From the IMG/VR virus record IMGVR_UViG_2531839665_000022: a DNA stretch of 37,232 bases; one strand, 5' to 3'. This document shows positions 36,134 through 37,232 of this stretch, one piece after another. The DNA is from a virus. Lineage: Duplodnaviria > Heunggongvirae > Uroviricota > Caudoviricetes. The position numbers were made by a program, and so were the translations under genes. Numbering within the stretch: the first letter of the stretch is position 1; each line of letters begins with the position of its first letter. The notes beneath the pieces are model-generated. The model searched no databases, was not told the origin of the DNA, and saw nothing but the letters and a program-made list of their open reading frames with translations.

Positions 36134-36588
36134 GCTCTTACGATGTAATTAAATGCAATATTACGCGGACGAGCTGATACATAAGCCCACCAGTCATATT
36201 TTTGTGCACCTTTACTGGATGCATCAAATATCCACTTTTTGCCATTTATGGCCCCCCATTGATTAGAGCTTAAAGTGTCACCAAATCCGTATTGTGTTGA
36301 GCTGAGTGAACTGATATCCCCAGTATCATTATCATCAAAACCGGAGACGATAGTGCCTTCCTGAAATGAAAGTATCTCTCGTCCTGCATCAATACCTCGT
36401 CCGTCATCCCAGCCACGAATAAACTCACCCCGTAAATCCGGTAATTTATTCGCGGGGTAGGCTTTTGCCAGTTTGGGGTACATTTCAGAAGAAAATGCTG
36501 CGCCGTTACATTTCAGCCACCCTGCTGGCGGTGTGGCTGAGGGCCACGGAACGGGCACACCAACGGGCAGCGCTGAGCCTTCCCCCAA
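36127..36588 (-). CDS. alternative tail-fibre tip cassette 4 (collar domain), inverted orientation
   Basis: 153 aa on the minus strand with the same shared N-terminal segment and C-terminal RPRNIAFNYIVRAA, distinct middle. Confidence 0.65.
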   Translation of the reverse strand: MGEGSALPVGVPVPWPSATPPAGWLKCNGAAFSSEMYPKLAKAYPANKLPDLRGEFIRGWDDGRGIDAGREILSFQEGTIVSGFDDNDTGDISSLSSTQYGFGDTLSSNQWGAINGKKWIFDASSKGAQKYDWWAYVSARPRNIAFNYIVRAA

Positions 36589-36605
36589 ACCAACGTTTTC
36601 GTCTT
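36379..36605 (-). repeat. cassette-4 recombination site plus shared homology block (inverted copy)
   Basis: Reverse complement of 36580-36605 is AAGACGAAAACGTTGGTTTGGGGGAA; inverted relative to sites 1 and 2; 55 bp upstream of the invertase gene. Confidence 0.55.
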
Positions 36606-36659
36606 AACTCCCACCTATACCAGCTATGTATTTTTAACAAAACAAAGAGGATATTTTTC

Positions 36660-37232
36660 ATGCAAATTGGCTACATTCGTGTGTCAACAAATGACCAGAA
36701 TACAGATTTACAACGAAACGCACTGAACTGCGCAGGATGTGAACTGATTTTTGAGGATAAAATCAGCGGAACAAAGTCAGCCCGACCGGGATTGAAAAAG
36801 CTGCTCAGAACGTTATCAGAAGGAGATACGCTCGTTGTCTGGAAGCTGGACAGGCTGGGCAGAAGCATGAAACACCTCATCACTCTTATTGAGGAACTGC
36901 GGGAAAAAGGGGTTAACTTCCGTAGTCTTACAGACAGCATTGATACGTCAACACCCATGGGACGTTTCTTTTTTCACGTCATGGGGGCTTTAGCGGAAAT
37001 GGAGCGTGAATTAATAGTTGAACGAACACTGGCCGGACTTGAAGCAGCACGTGCACAGGGGCGTATTGGTGGACGTCGTCCGAAACTGACAAAAGAGCAA
37101 CATGAACAAATAGCAAGGCTGATCAAAAATGGCTATAGCAGGAAACAGTTGGCAATTATTTACGATATCGGTATATCGACGATTTATCGTTATCACCCTG
37201 TAGAGGAACTTCAAACTCAAGCTGAGTTGTAA
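36660..37232 (+). CDS. serine-recombinase DNA invertase (Gin/Hin/Cin/Pin family)
   Basis: 190 aa from ATG 36660; N-terminal catalytic motif MQIGYIRVSTNDQNTDLQ with the conserved serine, resolvase-type core (VVWKLDRLGRS), C-terminal HTH (GYSRKQLAIIYDIGISTIYRY); adjacent to the cassette array. Confidence 0.9.
   Translation: MQIGYIRVSTNDQNTDLQRNALNCAGCELIFEDKISGTKSARPGLKKLLRTLSEGDTLVVWKLDRLGRSMKHLITLIEELREKGVNFRSLTDSIDTSTPMGRFFFHVMGALAEMERELIVERTLAGLEAARAQGRIGGRRPKLTKEQHEQIARLIKNGYSRKQLAIIYDIGISTIYRYHPVEELQTQAEL

Noticed and set aside
33579-36605. Diversity-generating retroelement as the source of fibre-tip variation
   Set aside because: No reverse transcriptase gene or template repeat is present; variation is explained by discrete cassettes with invertase crossover sites.
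36465-37232. Longer 255-aa reading of the invertase ORF
   Set aside because: The upstream 65 codons run through crossover site 4 and cassette-4 sequence; the canonical serine-recombinase N-terminus begins at ATG 36660, so the shorter gene was called.
1-37232. CRISPR arrays, tRNA or rRNA genes
   Set aside because: No short direct repeats with regular unique spacers and no tRNA-like or rRNA-like sequence noticed; the only notable repeats are the four tail-fibre cassette homology blocks.

Overview
The window reads as one nearly complete Mu-type transposable prophage (about 37 kb) with a BcepMu-like layout: an early operon on the minus strand and a late operon on the plus strand, diverging from a repressor/operator region near 8.6-9.1 kb. 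The early operon (8614 down to 1) carries Ner-like, winged-helix, DDE transposase A-like, AAA+ B-like, Gam-like, a run of small unknown ORFs, GemA-like and Mor/C-family genes. The late operon (12398-35633) carries lysis, terminase, portal, head, sheath, tube, tape measure, baseplate and tail-fibre genes, ending in a Gin/Hin-family invertase (36660-37232). Two things stand out. First, the tail-fibre locus holds four alternative collar-domain tip cassettes, each headed by a 26-bp hix/gix-like site (two direct, two inverted), which looks like a multiple-inversion host-range switch. Second, an AT-rich island beside the repressor (9175-11390) carries a translationally coupled pair: a phage-borne NdpA/YejK-like nucleoid-associated protein and a 401-aa protein with two C-terminal transmembrane helices; I do not recognise this pair as any named system and flag it as a candidate defence or exclusion module. 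All calls rest on reading the translations and sequence by eye, with no database search run. No tRNA, rRNA or CRISPR array was seen, and the prophage ends are not identifiable inside the window.
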